Shown here piece by piece: positions 1 through 10,755 of a stretch of DNA of 64,000 nucleotides; position 1 is the stretch's first letter; every line of letters begins with the position of its first letter. This stretch comes from a virus: the IMG/VR virus record IMGVR_UViG_3300038309_000252, positions 68,601 through 132,600 of that record, one strand, 5' to 3'. Below the pieces are notes generated by a model. It was not told the origin of the DNA, made no database searches, and saw nothing but the letters and a program-made list of their open reading frames with translations. A program made the position numbers and the translations under genes.

Positions 1-846
1 TTTTTTTGTCATACTGGTCCAACCTCATTATTACATTATACAAATAATCAACCAGTTCATATGATTTTAGCTCATATGATTGATGAAGATATCAATTATA
101 GACAATTTTATTATGATTTAAAGAAATCTAACGAAAATGTTTTTTATCATCTTGATAATTCTACCTATGAGATGTATATTCGTGGATTACCACCAATAAG
201 TATAGATGATTTATTAAAAATTGCTTCATTGATTAATGCAGATTCTGTCATATTACCTGATTTTCCAGGAGAAGACTGGTTTAAAACAGTTGATATTGCC
301 AAAAAATATATTAATAAAGTAAAAGAAAATGGATATTACACCTGTTTTTGTCCTCAATCAGTTTTAGGGGATATATCTGGTTTACTTCAAAGTTATGAAT
401 GGGCAATTAATAATCCTTATATTGATTTTATAGGTGTTTCTATCTTAGCATGTCCAATAGCATATGGATATCAATATTTATTGTCCAAAGATATAGAAAA
501 AATACATGTATATTTGTCAAGATGGGCAATATTTAGATTGCTGGATGAAAGAGGTTTTCTGAATGAAAGTACCATTAAGAAATTTCATTGCTTTGGTTTA
601 TTTAATGGTCCAAGAGAAATTGAGATTTTAAGAGAATATCATAAATATATTTTTTCATGGGATAGTTTCATTCCTATTTGGAATGCAATTCATGGTATTA
701 TTTTTGATGATTCACCTACAGGTTTAAGGTATGGAAAAGACATAGATCAGATTGATTACAATAAACGTATTAAAGAAACAAGTGATATTAGTTTTAATAT
801 AATATCAAATATTAATTATATTTCTAAATTGTGTGAGAAATTATGA
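1..846 (+). CDS. dpdA: DpdA-like / TGT-fold 7-deazaguanine transglycosylase (5' end outside window)
   Basis: Frame is open from base 1 (FFCHTGPTSLLH...). TGT-like motifs LDNSTYE, ILPD, CPQ, HCFG, SWDS. queE/queD/folE are in the same window. Confidence 0.65.
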   Translation, partial: FFCHTGPTSLLHYTNNQPVHMILAHMIDEDINYRQFYYDLKKSNENVFYHLDNSTYEMYIRGLPPISIDDLLKIASLINADSVILPDFPGEDWFKTVDIAKKYINKVKENGYYTCFCPQSVLGDISGLLQSYEWAINNPYIDFIGVSILACPIAYGYQYLLSKDIEKIHVYLSRWAIFRLLDERGFLNESTIKKFHCFGLFNGPREIEILREYHKYIFSWDSFIPIWNAIHGIIFDDSPTGLRYGKDIDQIDYNKRIKETSDISFNIISNINYISKLCEKL

Positions 847-1412
847 CAATGATCATTGCATTAGCTGGTCCAAAAGGTGTTGGCAAAAATCATTTTTTTA
901 ATGAAGCTAAATCTATCTTTAACAGATTTGCATGGAAGCAAATTGCTTTTGCAGATCCAATAAAAAACAATATTATTGATATTTTTAATTTGACAAATGA
1001 AAATGATTATGATATATTCAAAAGATCTTCTATAAGTGTAAATAATAATAATATTGAAGGTAGGGATATTGTCCGTAAAATTGGTATGTTAATGAGAAGC
1101 TATGATGAAAATCAATTTGTAAATTATGTTAAGAATAAAATAGAAAGTGATTCCAATAATTCTGCTTGTCCTCCATGCTGGGTTATAACAGATTTAAGAT
1201 TTCACAATGAGTATGAATTAATTAAAAACCAATTACATGGGAAGATTATCAAAATTAAAAATAATAATATCCAATATGATTTTCATGTATCAGAGCTTGA
1301 GTTTGATGATAATTTGTGTGATTTTGTGTTTGATGTAACAAACCTATCAGAAAAAGAATATAAAAGAAAATTGTTAACCTTACTAACTAAACTATTGTGT
1401 TCATATTTTTAA
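843..1412 (+). CDS. deoxynucleoside monophosphate kinase (T4 gp1-like)
   Basis: P-loop AGPKGVGK, FADPIK, ITDLRFHNE. Confidence 0.85.
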   Translation: MTMIIALAGPKGVGKNHFFNEAKSIFNRFAWKQIAFADPIKNNIIDIFNLTNENDYDIFKRSSISVNNNNIEGRDIVRKIGMLMRSYDENQFVNYVKNKIESDSNNSACPPCWVITDLRFHNEYELIKNQLHGKIIKIKNNNIQYDFHVSELEFDDNLCDFVFDVTNLSEKEYKRKLLTLLTKLLCSYF

Positions 1413-1416
1413 TGGA

Positions 1417-1917
1417 GTGATTATGAAGCATATTATGGGAAATAAGTCTACATCTAATCTTACAAATGTCCAAGAAGGTGATTCACAACCAAATGCAGTA
1501 GATTTAAGACTTGATAAAGTTTATTCAATTAGTAATGAAGTATTTGAAATTTCAAATACCCATAAAAAGCATAGAAAAACTACAGTAGTACAACCAGATG
1601 ATGAAGGATATTATAACTTAGAAGTTGGTCATTATGAAATAACTATGGAAAATATTGTAACAATTGGTGAGAATGAAGCAGGAATGGTAATTACAAGATC
1701 ATCATTGAATCGTAATGGATGTTTTTTAACATACGGATTATTTGATTCAGGGTATAGTGGTTTAATTGCTGGAATGCTCCATGTTAATTGTGGACCAATT
1801 AGAATTCAAAAAGGAACAAGAATTGGTCAATTTCTTTGTTTTGATTCCGAATCACTTCAATTGTACACAGGAGATTATGGTCTAGAAAAATCTTTTGACA
1901 AAGCAAGGTATTCATGA
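1417..1917 (+). CDS. trimeric dUTPase / dCTP deaminase family
   Basis: QPNAVDLRL, RSSLNR, DSGYSG, GTRIGQ motifs. Confidence 0.85.
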   Translation: MIMKHIMGNKSTSNLTNVQEGDSQPNAVDLRLDKVYSISNEVFEISNTHKKHRKTTVVQPDDEGYYNLEVGHYEITMENIVTIGENEAGMVITRSSLNRNGCFLTYGLFDSGYSGLIAGMLHVNCGPIRIQKGTRIGQFLCFDSESLQLYTGDYGLEKSFDKARYS

Positions 1918-1923
1918 TATAAT
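1895..1923 (+). promoter_or_regulatory. sigma70-type promoter upstream of gp45
   Basis: TTGACA-17nt-TATAAT, exact consensus. Confidence 0.8.
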
Positions 1924-1943
1924 AGTGTTTTTAATGTGGAGTT

Positions 1944-2621
1944 ATGATTATGAAATTGAGTAAGGAAACCTTATCTATTTTCAAGAACTTTAGTTCTATC
2001 AATATGAATCTTATGATCAAGGCAGGCAATAAGATTTCTACAATTTCTTCTGGAAAGAATATTATTGCTGAAGCAGAGATTCCTGAATTATTTCATTATG
2101 ATTTTGGTATCTATGATCTTAATGAGTTTCTTGGTATCATGAATATGTTTTCTGATCCAGAAGTTATCTTTGAACCAACTTTTTCATCTATTCAAGAAGG
2201 TGCTAATAAGGTTAAGTTTTTTGCAGCTGCACCAGGTATTCTTACATCTGCACCAACTATTAAAGAGTTTCCAAAGACAGATATTGTATTTACTTTGACA
2301 AATACAATGATTAATCAGATTATGAAAAGTTCATCTGTATTGAAGGTTAATGATTTTATTGTCAGCGGAAAAGATGGTGAACTATCTTTAACTGTTAAAG
2401 ATAAATCTAATCCTACTGGTAATATATTCAGTAGTGTTGTTGGTGAAACAAATAGGGTATTTGATGCTTATTTTCAGGTTGATAACTTGAAGATTATAAC
2501 GGGAAATTATGAAGTATCTATTTCAGATAAGAGAATTAGTAGATTTCAATATCAGTCAAGTAATTCAGATTATGATTTAAAATATTTCATTGCTTTAGAA
2601 ATGGATAGTGTATTTGAATAA
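1944..2621 (+). CDS. 45: sliding clamp gp45
   Basis: MKLSKETLSIFKNFSSIN, FGIYDLNEFL; synteny with gp44/62. Confidence 0.95.
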   Translation: MIMKLSKETLSIFKNFSSINMNLMIKAGNKISTISSGKNIIAEAEIPELFHYDFGIYDLNEFLGIMNMFSDPEVIFEPTFSSIQEGANKVKFFAAAPGILTSAPTIKEFPKTDIVFTLTNTMINQIMKSSSVLKVNDFIVSGKDGELSLTVKDKSNPTGNIFSSVVGETNRVFDAYFQVDNLKIITGNYEVSISDKRISRFQYQSSNSDYDLKYFIALEMDSVFE

Positions 2622-2636
2622 TTAAGGATTTATATT

Positions 2637-3575
2637 ATGAATGAACAATTTCTTTGGGTTGAAAAGTATCGTCCAAAAACAATTGATGAGTGTATCCTTT
2701 CTGATACACTCAAATCAACATTAATGCAATATGTTCATGAAGGTCAGATTCCTAATTTTCTATTTCATGGATCTGCTGGTGTTGGAAAGACAACAGTAGC
2801 AAAAGCAATTTGCAACCAAATTGGAGCAGAATATCTTTTTATTAATGGTTCTGATGAATCAGGAATTGACGTTTTAAGAACAAAAATCAAGAGTTTTGCC
2901 TCAACAATTAGTTTGACCAATGCCAAGAAAATTGTTATTCTTGATGAAGCAGATTATCTAAACCCAAATACAACACAACCAGCATTACGAGCATTTATTG
3001 AGGAATTTGCAAATAATTGCAGATTTATCTTTACTTGTAATTATAAGAATAGAATTATTGAACCTTTACATAGTAGAACAGCAGTAATAGATTTTACATA
3101 TCCATCAGATCAAAAGAATCTTATTGCTGGTCTATTCTACAAAAGGGTTATCAAAATCTTAAAACAAGAAAATATTGAATTTGATCAAAAAGTAGTTGCT
3201 GAATTGATCAAGCAATATTTTCCTGATTATCGTAGAATTATTAACGAACTACAAAGATATAGTATATCTGGAAAGATTGATACAGGTATTTTCGTCAATT
3301 TGTCTAACGAATCATATAAACAACTATTTCAACTTTTGAAATCAAAAAAGTTTAATGATGTTAGAAAGTGGGTTGGTGAAAATTCTGATAAAGATACAAC
3401 AAAAATCTTTAGTCAATTGTATTCCTATTCAGATCAATTTGTGGATCAAAGTTCAGTTCCTTCATTAATAATTATTTTAGCTGATTATCAATATAAGGAT
3501 TCATTTGTCATTGATCATGAATTAAATCTAATGGCATGTTTGACAGAAATTATGAGTGGGTGTAAGTTTCAATGA
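2637..3575 (+). CDS. 44: clamp loader large subunit gp44
   Basis: WVEKYRP, GSAGVGKTT, ILDEAD. Confidence 0.97.
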   Translation: MNEQFLWVEKYRPKTIDECILSDTLKSTLMQYVHEGQIPNFLFHGSAGVGKTTVAKAICNQIGAEYLFINGSDESGIDVLRTKIKSFASTISLTNAKKIVILDEADYLNPNTTQPALRAFIEEFANNCRFIFTCNYKNRIIEPLHSRTAVIDFTYPSDQKNLIAGLFYKRVIKILKQENIEFDQKVVAELIKQYFPDYRRIINELQRYSISGKIDTGIFVNLSNESYKQLFQLLKSKKFNDVRKWVGENSDKDTTKIFSQLYSYSDQFVDQSSVPSLIIILADYQYKDSFVIDHELNLMACLTEIMSGCKFQ

Positions 3576-3958
3576 ATCCATTTGATTTTGTTAATGCAAT
3601 TACAGTTTCAAAAGAAGATTTAATGCAAACACAGCAAGATGAAAAGAGTTATAATTCATTCTTGGTAAATAGAGCATTATCTTATTTTCCAGATACAATC
3701 ATGTATGCAAATGAAATAAATAAATATTATAATATACCTAAGAAATGGCAATTTGATTTCTTAAGATTATCTATTTCTAAAAGGAAACGCTTTAGTAAAT
3801 GGCACAAACCACCAATAAATACTGATGATGTTAAATTATTGCAAGATTATTATAAATATTCACAAGCGCATGCAATTGAAGCGCTTAAATTGCTAAATCC
3901 AGAACAATTGGATTTGATTAAACAATCAGTACATAAAGGTGGTACAAAAAATGAATAA
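3572..3958 (+). CDS. 62: clamp loader small subunit gp62
   Basis: PFDFVNAI, YNSFLVNRALS, RKRFSKW; synteny. Confidence 0.93.
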   Translation: MNPFDFVNAITVSKEDLMQTQQDEKSYNSFLVNRALSYFPDTIMYANEINKYYNIPKKWQFDFLRLSISKRKRFSKWHKPPINTDDVKLLQDYYKYSQAHAIEALKLLNPEQLDLIKQSVHKGGTKNE

Positions 3959-4391
3959 TGCGGTACTATATGATTGGAGTATTGATTCAATGTTAGAAGT
4001 TGAATTATATCTTCCAGATAATTTTCTAAAAATCAAAGAAACCCTTACAAGAATTGGTATTTCTTCAAAAAAAGAAAAGAAGCTATATCAAACTGCACAT
4101 ATCCTTCATAAGCAAGGGAAATATTATATTGTCCATTTTAAGGAATTGTTTCTTTTAGACGGAAAGAATTCTTCATTATCAGTTGAAGATATTGATAGAA
4201 GAAATGCAATTGCAAAAATACTTGAAGATTGGAAACTGTTAAAGATTTCTAAACCTTTTGAAATTGAAGTAAAATCAGTTATTTCCCAATTGAAGATTTT
4301 ACCTTTTAAAGAAAAGGTTGACTGGGAATTGGTTCCAAAGTATAATATTGGTCAACATAAGCAAATTAATAAGGTGGTAAATTATGTCTGA
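3951..4391 (+). CDS. regA: translational repressor RegA
   Basis: FLKIKETLTRIGI, HILHKQGKYYIVHFKELF. ATG 3951 follows SD AAGGTGG. Confidence 0.95.
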   Translation: MNNAVLYDWSIDSMLEVELYLPDNFLKIKETLTRIGISSKKEKKLYQTAHILHKQGKYYIVHFKELFLLDGKNSSLSVEDIDRRNAIAKILEDWKLLKISKPFEIEVKSVISQLKILPFKEKVDWELVPKYNIGQHKQINKVVNYV

Positions 4392-4593
4392 CATTTTACA
4401 GCAAAGATTAAATCTTGAATTAACAGTAGCAGAAATTAATGTTATTCTACGTTCTCTTGGAAAGCATCCATTTGAGGAGATTGCAGGATTAATTCAAAAA
4501 ATTAAAGGTCAAGGTGAACAACAATTATCTAATTTAGAAACCCAATTTATTGATGATAATAATGATGAAAAACTAATTATTACAATGTCTTGA
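4384..4593 (+). CDS. small hypothetical protein
   Basis: ORF overlaps the regA stop; SD AAGGTGG. Confidence 0.7.
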   Translation: MSDILQQRLNLELTVAEINVILRSLGKHPFEEIAGLIQKIKGQGEQQLSNLETQFIDDNNDEKLIITMS

Positions 4594-4605
4594 ATGGATT
4601 AAATT

Positions 4606-4989
4606 ATGGTTATTAACTTTATTTCTCAAGATGAAATGTATGGAACATTGCTTACACAAGCATTAAAAATTGGAAAATCTTATGCTAATGATATTATAGC
4701 TAATATTGATTCACCATTTGAAATTAATGATTTCCCTATAGGAATTCAACAAAATATTATTGAATCTACTTGTTCTAGTTTTCCTGAAAATAGTTATATT
4801 AAACATGCATATAAAATCTTTTCTTTGCATAGGGAGGTGATAAAAGAATTCTTTATTCTCTCATGCTTAGAGCAGCAACAACATATCTATCTAACCAGAT
4901 TTTTCAAGTGTTTATCAAAACTATCAGAAACAGATAACATTGAGAATGTTATCTTAGAATCAATTAATAACATTGACTCCATGACATAA
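4606..4989 (+). CDS. hypothetical protein
   Basis: 127-aa ORF filling the operon gap. Confidence 0.6.
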   Translation: MVINFISQDEMYGTLLTQALKIGKSYANDIIANIDSPFEINDFPIGIQQNIIESTCSSFPENSYIKHAYKIFSLHREVIKEFFILSCLEQQQHIYLTRFFKCLSKLSETDNIENVILESINNIDSMT

Positions 4990-5001
4990 TTGTAGTATAC
5001 T
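4973..5001 (+). promoter_or_regulatory. sigma70-type promoter upstream of gp43
   Basis: TTGACT-17nt-TATACT. Confidence 0.7.
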
Positions 5002-5031
5002 TTTTCTTTTTGAGGAAGTTCATGAGGAAAC

Positions 5032-7545
5032 ATGTATACAAATATATTTTTATATGATAATTTCTTATATGAACGTGGCATTGAAAATGGCAAGAGATAC
5101 ACTAAATCAATTGCTTTTAAACCAACAGCTTGGGTACATTCCAAACTAAATGAAAAATCTGAATTGTGGCATACTTTATTCAATGAACCTGTATATCCTA
5201 TTCAATTTGAAACAATAAATCATTTTTCTCAATTTATTAATAATTATTCATCAAAAGATATACAGGTTTATCAATCTCCTGGGCACATATATCAATATAT
5301 TGCAGAAACATATCAAGAACAATCATTTTTGACAACTAATGATATTAGTACTTTTATTATTGATATTGAAACTTCAACTGAATCTGGGTTTCCAAATCTA
5401 GAAACCGCTAATGAGGAAATACTGCTTATTTCCATAAGATCACTTGAATCAAATACAGTTATTACATGGGCAAGCAAAACAATTAATATAGCAATTGATT
5501 CTGAATATAGAGCATTTTCAACTGAAATTGAAATGCTTAAAGACTTTATTGCTTGGTGGTCAAACAACTATCCTGATGTGGTTACAGGTTGGAATAGTAA
5601 GTTTTTTGACCTACCATATTTGTATAGAAGATTAAATAAATTATTTGATGAATTAGTAGCAAATCAATTAAGTCCATTTGGAATATGTAAATTAGTTGAA
5701 GCATTTCCTATAGGACGTCAAAGCAAATCATCAAAGGTTGTAATTTCCGGAATTGCAGATTTAGATTATCTTGAACTATACAAAAAGTTTACTTATAGTA
5801 TGCAGGAATCCTATAAGCTGGATTATATTGCCAACCAAGAAATTGGTGCAAAGAAATTGGAAAATCCAGGTTCTACTTTTAAAGATTTTTATACTGATTA
5901 TTGGGATACCTTTGTCCAATACAATATTATTGATACTGAACTTGTTTTGAAGATAGATCAAAAGATGAAATTAATTGATCTTGCTTTAACTTTGTCATAC
6001 GCAGCAAAAATCAATTATGAAGATGTTTTCAGTCCAGTGAAAACTTGGGATGTAATTATCTATAACTTCTTGAATAAGAATAAGATTGTTATTCCAATAA
6101 AGACGCATAAGCAAAAAGAAGGACAATACCAAGGTGGATATGTTAAAGAACCATTAATAGGAAAACATCAATGGTGTTGTTCATTTGATGTGAATTCACT
6201 ATATCCAATGATTATGGTTCAATATAATATGAGTCCTGAAACAATAGCTCCGGAGCATTTTGAAATTACAGTTAATGAGTTATTAGATAATCCTCAAAAG
6301 ATAAACAAATACAAACAATTTATTGATAAGAAAAATTATGCATTATCTGCTAATGGCGTTTGTTTTAAGAAAGATCGTAAAGGTATTTTGCCGTCATTAG
6401 TCCAATATTATTATGATATGCGTGTTGTAACTAAGAAAGAAATGCTTAAAATTAAGCAGCAATTAGAGACAACAAATAATGATGAAAGACAAGATTTAGA
6501 ATCAAAAATTGCTTCTTTGAATAATCAGCAAATGGCATATAAAATTCTTCTTAATTCATTATATGGTGCTTGTGGTACTCCATATTTTAGATATTTTGAC
6601 ACCAGAATTGCTGAAGGAATTACTCTATCTGGGCAATTATCAATTAGATGGATTGAGAATAGATTAAATCAATTTTTGAAACAATTAATGAAAGATGATA
6701 AAGATAGAGTAGTTTTGGTAGATACAGATTCAGTTGTTATTACCATGGATGATTTTGTAAAACAAGTTTATAAAGATAAACAACTATCATCAGAACAAAT
6801 AACAAAAAGCATTGAAAAAGTTGCTAATCAAAAACTTCAAAAAGTTATTGAAACTGGATTTATTGATTTATTTAATTTAATGAATGCATATGAACAAAAA
6901 ATGGTCATGAAATTAGAAAATGTTATTGATGTGATGATAACAGTTAGCAAGAAACGTTATGTAATGTCAGTTCACATTAGTGAAGGAATCCAGTATAAAT
7001 CTCCAAAGCTAAAAATTATGGGTTTGCAAGTCATCAAAACAAGTACACCGTATGTTATTAGAAATAAGCTAAAGGATTCATTACCAATAGCTCTTTATCA
7101 AACAGAAAAAGACATTCAAGATTATGTTAGTGCGTTTGAAGATGAGTTTAATTCATTTACAGCAGAGGAAATTGCATTTCCTAGATCAGTATCTGATATT
7201 GATAAGTTTATGAATAAATCAACAATTTATGGAAAAGGAACACCTATTCATGTCAGAGGATCATTGTTGTATAATTGGTATATTAAAAAGTTAAAATTAG
7301 AAAATAAATATCGGTTAATTCAAAGTGGTGATAAAATCAAGTTTTTATATTTGAAAATGCCTAATATAATTCACGAGGATTGCATTGCTTTTATTGATAA
7401 ATTGCCTGTTGAGTTTAAGTTAAAGGAGTATATTGATTATAAAACTATGTTTGAAAAAACTTTCTTTGATCCTGTACAAGATATTATTCAATCATTAAAT
7501 TGGTCTGCTAAGAAACAATCAACATTAGAAAACTTTTTTTCATAA
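5032..7545 (+). CDS. 43: family B DNA polymerase gp43
   Basis: Exonuclease DIET, SFDVNSLYP, KILLNSLYG, DTDS, C-terminal clamp-binding TLENFF. Confidence 0.98.
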   Translation: MYTNIFLYDNFLYERGIENGKRYTKSIAFKPTAWVHSKLNEKSELWHTLFNEPVYPIQFETINHFSQFINNYSSKDIQVYQSPGHIYQYIAETYQEQSFLTTNDISTFIIDIETSTESGFPNLETANEEILLISIRSLESNTVITWASKTINIAIDSEYRAFSTEIEMLKDFIAWWSNNYPDVVTGWNSKFFDLPYLYRRLNKLFDELVANQLSPFGICKLVEAFPIGRQSKSSKVVISGIADLDYLELYKKFTYSMQESYKLDYIANQEIGAKKLENPGSTFKDFYTDYWDTFVQYNIIDTELVLKIDQKMKLIDLALTLSYAAKINYEDVFSPVKTWDVIIYNFLNKNKIVIPIKTHKQKEGQYQGGYVKEPLIGKHQWCCSFDVNSLYPMIMVQYNMSPETIAPEHFEITVNELLDNPQKINKYKQFIDKKNYALSANGVCFKKDRKGILPSLVQYYYDMRVVTKKEMLKIKQQLETTNNDERQDLESKIASLNNQQMAYKILLNSLYGACGTPYFRYFDTRIAEGITLSGQLSIRWIENRLNQFLKQLMKDDKDRVVLVDTDSVVITMDDFVKQVYKDKQLSSEQITKSIEKVANQKLQKVIETGFIDLFNLMNAYEQKMVMKLENVIDVMITVSKKRYVMSVHISEGIQYKSPKLKIMGLQVIKTSTPYVIRNKLKDSLPIALYQTEKDIQDYVSAFEDEFNSFTAEEIAFPRSVSDIDKFMNKSTIYGKGTPIHVRGSLLYNWYIKKLKLENKYRLIQSGDKIKFLYLKMPNIIHEDCIAFIDKLPVEFKLKEYIDYKTMFEKTFFDPVQDIIQSLNWSAKKQSTLENFFS

Positions 7546-7557
7546 TGAGGAATAATC

Positions 7558-7818
7558 ATGAAAATTCTTAAATTTACTTCTTCATGGTGTGGTGCATGTG
7601 TTATTTTTGATAGAGAAGTAATTAGTAAATATCAAGGTAATATTCCAATTGAAACTATCGATATTGATAAAAACCTTGATTTGAGTTCAAAATATAGAAT
7701 TGATTTTGTGCCAACATGTATTTTTGTTGATGATAATAATAAAGAGATCAAAAGAATTGTTGGTTTAATTTCATTTAATGATTTTCTATTATCAATTGCT
7801 AAAGAAGGTGTGGAATGA
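7558..7818 (+). CDS. thioredoxin
   Basis: WCGAC active site, VPT cis-Pro motif. Confidence 0.85.
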   Translation: MKILKFTSSWCGACVIFDREVISKYQGNIPIETIDIDKNLDLSSKYRIDFVPTCIFVDDNNKEIKRIVGLISFNDFLLSIAKEGVE

Positions 7819-8891
7819 GTATTATTCAAAAGATTCGTAAAAATAGTTTAATTAGTCAAACATCTTTATTACCTGAAGCTGATGTTATCCTATCAAAGGA
7901 TACTATTCCAACATCAATCCCTGCATTGAATATTGCTCTTGGTGGTAGTTTAGAAGGTGGTTTACAGTCTGGAATTACTACATGGGCAGGACCATCTAAA
8001 CATTTTAAATCAATGTTTAGTTTAATTATGGCAAAGGGATATCTTGACAAATACTCTGATGGTGCATTGTTGTTCTATGATTCCGAATTTGGAACACCAA
8101 TAGGTTATTTTGATACTTTAGGTATTGATACTTCTAGAGTTATTCATTCACCTATTACAGATGTAGAGCAATTAAAGTTTGATCTTATGAATCAATTATC
8201 TAATTTTGAAAGAACAGACCATGTAATTATTATCATTGATTCAATTGGCAATTTAGCATCAAAAAAAGAAGTTGATGATGCTTTGGATCAAAAGTCTACA
8301 GCAGATATGAGTAGGGCAAAACAATTTAAGTCTTTGTTTAGAATGGTTACTCCGCATCTTATCCTTAAAGATATTCCAATGGTTGTTGTTAATCATACTT
8401 ACAAAACTATGGAACTTTATTCTAGAGATGTTGTTTCTGGAGGAACTGGCAGTTATTATTCTAGTAATATAATTTTTATTTTAGGGAGACAACAAGAAAA
8501 AGAAGGTTCTGATCTTGCTGGATGGAATTTCATTATTAATGTTGAAAAATCAAGGTTAGTTAAAGAAAAGAGCAAGATTCCAATTACTGTCAAATTTAAT
8601 AGTGGATTATCAAAATGGTCTGGTCTAATGGATATTGCCTTAGAAGCTAAGGCAGTAATTCAACCATCTAATAGATCATATTCTAGAGTAAATATGGAAA
8701 CTGGAGAAGTTGAAGCTAAAAAATGGAAATTAGTAGATACAGATTGTGCAGAGTTTTGGGAACCAATTTTACAGCAAAAGGAATTCAAAGAATGGATTGC
8801 AGATAGATATCAAGTTAGTTCTGGTTCTTTAATTAGTGATAAAGATATTGATCAAGAGTTTGAAAAAGATGAGCAGCAAATTGATGTATAA
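7815..8891 (+). CDS. uvsX: RecA-like recombinase UvsX
   Basis: AGPSKHFKS, YDSEFG, DSIGNLAS. Confidence 0.96.
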   Translation: MSIIQKIRKNSLISQTSLLPEADVILSKDTIPTSIPALNIALGGSLEGGLQSGITTWAGPSKHFKSMFSLIMAKGYLDKYSDGALLFYDSEFGTPIGYFDTLGIDTSRVIHSPITDVEQLKFDLMNQLSNFERTDHVIIIIDSIGNLASKKEVDDALDQKSTADMSRAKQFKSLFRMVTPHLILKDIPMVVVNHTYKTMELYSRDVVSGGTGSYYSSNIIFILGRQQEKEGSDLAGWNFIINVEKSRLVKEKSKIPITVKFNSGLSKWSGLMDIALEAKAVIQPSNRSYSRVNMETGEVEAKKWKLVDTDCAEFWEPILQQKEFKEWIADRYQVSSGSLISDKDIDQEFEKDEQQIDV

Positions 8892-9180
8892 TATTCAAGG
8901 TGAATGGATTGAATTAACTAGTGGCAAATATACTGGTGTAATATACAAATATGGAAGAGTCCAATTCTCTATTCTTAATGAAAAAACAAGTAATGAATCT
9001 CTAAAATGTAGCTTCCAATATAATCTTCATCCAAAGTCCAAAGAAGTTAAAGAAACTTCAAACTTTATTTCACATATTGGACAAATATTAATGAAATTAA
9101 TTGATCAAGGTTTAATTGATAATTCAATTATCTATACAGGTGGTAGTGATAATGAGGTTCGAACAGAAATTATTGACTAA
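8869..9180 (+). CDS. gp40-like protein
   Basis: Lies between uvsX and gp41 as in T4; GKYTGVIYKYGRV. Confidence 0.55.
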   Translation: MSSKLMYNIQGEWIELTSGKYTGVIYKYGRVQFSILNEKTSNESLKCSFQYNLHPKSKEVKETSNFISHIGQILMKLIDQGLIDNSIIYTGGSDNEVRTEIID

Positions 9181-10531
9181 TTTGATTCATAATGAAGAGT
9201 TTGCTAGAAAAGTTATTCCATTCTTAGATACAAGTTATTTCCATCAGCAATCAGAAAAGGTGATTGCTGAATCTATCATCAAGTTTTTTACAAAGTATAA
9301 TAAGCAACCAACAACAGATATTATCAATATAGAACTTCAGCAATTAGATACTATTTCTGATAAAGAATTAAATGAATGTATTGAACTTATTAATCAATTT
9401 AAAAAAGATGATTCTGATCTAAGATGGTTAATCCAAAAAACTGAAGAATTTTGTAAAAACAAAGCGATTTACAATGCTATTGTTCGTGGTATTAAGATTA
9501 TCGAGGGAAAAGATACCAAATTATCACAGGATGCTATTCCAAAGATTCTTTCAGATGCTTTGGCAGTTTCATTTGATACTGATATAGGTCATGATTATAT
9601 TGATGATGCTGATTTAAGATTTGATTTCTATAGAAAGGTTGAAGAAAAAATATCTTTTGATTTAGATTTGATGAATACCATTACAAATGGTGGATTGTCA
9701 AGAAAATCTCTTAATGTAATTTTAGCTGGAACTGGTGCTGGAAAATCTTTGTTTATGTGTCATACAGCAGCAAATGCTTTATCACAAGGCAATAATGTTT
9801 TATACATTACTTTAGAAATGGCAGAAGAAAGAATTGCAGAAAGGATAGATGCAAATCTATTTGATATCAATATTGACCAATTGAAATCACTTGATCAAGA
9901 AAAATATCAAAACCGAATTAAGCAAATTGCTAGTAAAACACATGGAAAATTGATTATCAAGGAATACCCAACTGCTGCAGCACATTCTGGTCATTTTAGA
10001 GCATTGATAGAAGAATTAAAAGTAAAGAGACAATTTATTCCAGATTTGCTTATTATAGATTACTTGAATATTTGTTCTAGTGCTAGAATTAAATTAGGTA
10101 CATCAGCAAATACCTATATGTTTGTTAAAGCTATAGCAGAAGAATTACGTGGATTAGCAGTAGAATACAATGTTCCTCTTCTAACAGCAACACAAACAAA
10201 TAGAACTGGATTTGATAATTCAGATGTGAATATAACAGATACAAGTGAAAGTTTTGGATTGCCTGCTACATCTGATTTGATGTTTGCTTTAATTCGAACA
10301 GAACAGTTGGATGTTGTCAATCAGATTTTAATAAAGCAATTAAAAAATAGATATTCAGATCCAGCATCTAATAAAAGATTTGCTATTGGTGTTGATAGAG
10401 AAAAGATGAAATTATATAATCTTGCTAATAATCAACAAGATGAATGGGTAGATTTTGGAAATCAAGAAGCTTTTGAATATCGACCAAAACTAAATAATAG
10501 GAGTAATGATTATAATAGTTTCAATTTCTGA
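9152..10531 (+). CDS. 41: replicative helicase gp41
   Basis: LAGTGAGKSL, TLEMAEE, IDYLNIC, ATQTNR, SESFGLP, QLKNRY. Confidence 0.97.
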   Translation: MRFEQKLLTNLIHNEEFARKVIPFLDTSYFHQQSEKVIAESIIKFFTKYNKQPTTDIINIELQQLDTISDKELNECIELINQFKKDDSDLRWLIQKTEEFCKNKAIYNAIVRGIKIIEGKDTKLSQDAIPKILSDALAVSFDTDIGHDYIDDADLRFDFYRKVEEKISFDLDLMNTITNGGLSRKSLNVILAGTGAGKSLFMCHTAANALSQGNNVLYITLEMAEERIAERIDANLFDINIDQLKSLDQEKYQNRIKQIASKTHGKLIIKEYPTAAAHSGHFRALIEELKVKRQFIPDLLIIDYLNICSSARIKLGTSANTYMFVKAIAEELRGLAVEYNVPLLTATQTNRTGFDNSDVNITDTSESFGLPATSDLMFALIRTEQLDVVNQILIKQLKNRYSDPASNKRFAIGVDREKMKLYNLANNQQDEWVDFGNQEAFEYRPKLNNRSNDYNSFNF

Positions 10532-10539
10532 TAATAAAA

Positions 10540-10668
10540 ATGCAAGACAAAATCAATGTCAAAGACCAAATAAATCTAGTATTAAATGGTCATCCAAATG
10601 TAAATAAGGATCAAAAACCACAGATTAAATTATCAGAATTACCTCCGCTTAAACCTAGAACTTTATGA
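10540..10668 (+). CDS. 42-aa hypothetical protein (not in ORF track)
   Basis: Translated by hand: MQDKINVKDQ...LKPRTL*. Confidence 0.4.
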   Translation: MQDKINVKDQINLVLNGHPNVNKDQKPQIKLSELPPLKPRTL

Positions 10669-10699
10669 ATTTCTTAACAAAAACCACTAGATACTTTTT

Positions 10700-10707
10700 A
10701 CTAAATA
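10700..10707 (+). promoter_or_regulatory. T4-type late promoter (ACTAAATA)
   Basis: Variant of TATAAATA. A second copy (ATTAAATA) is at 10784-10791, before the next ORF. Confidence 0.5.
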
Positions 10708-10755
10708 ATACACTTGGAGATTAGGATCATCTGGGTTACTTTAGTGTAATTCATG

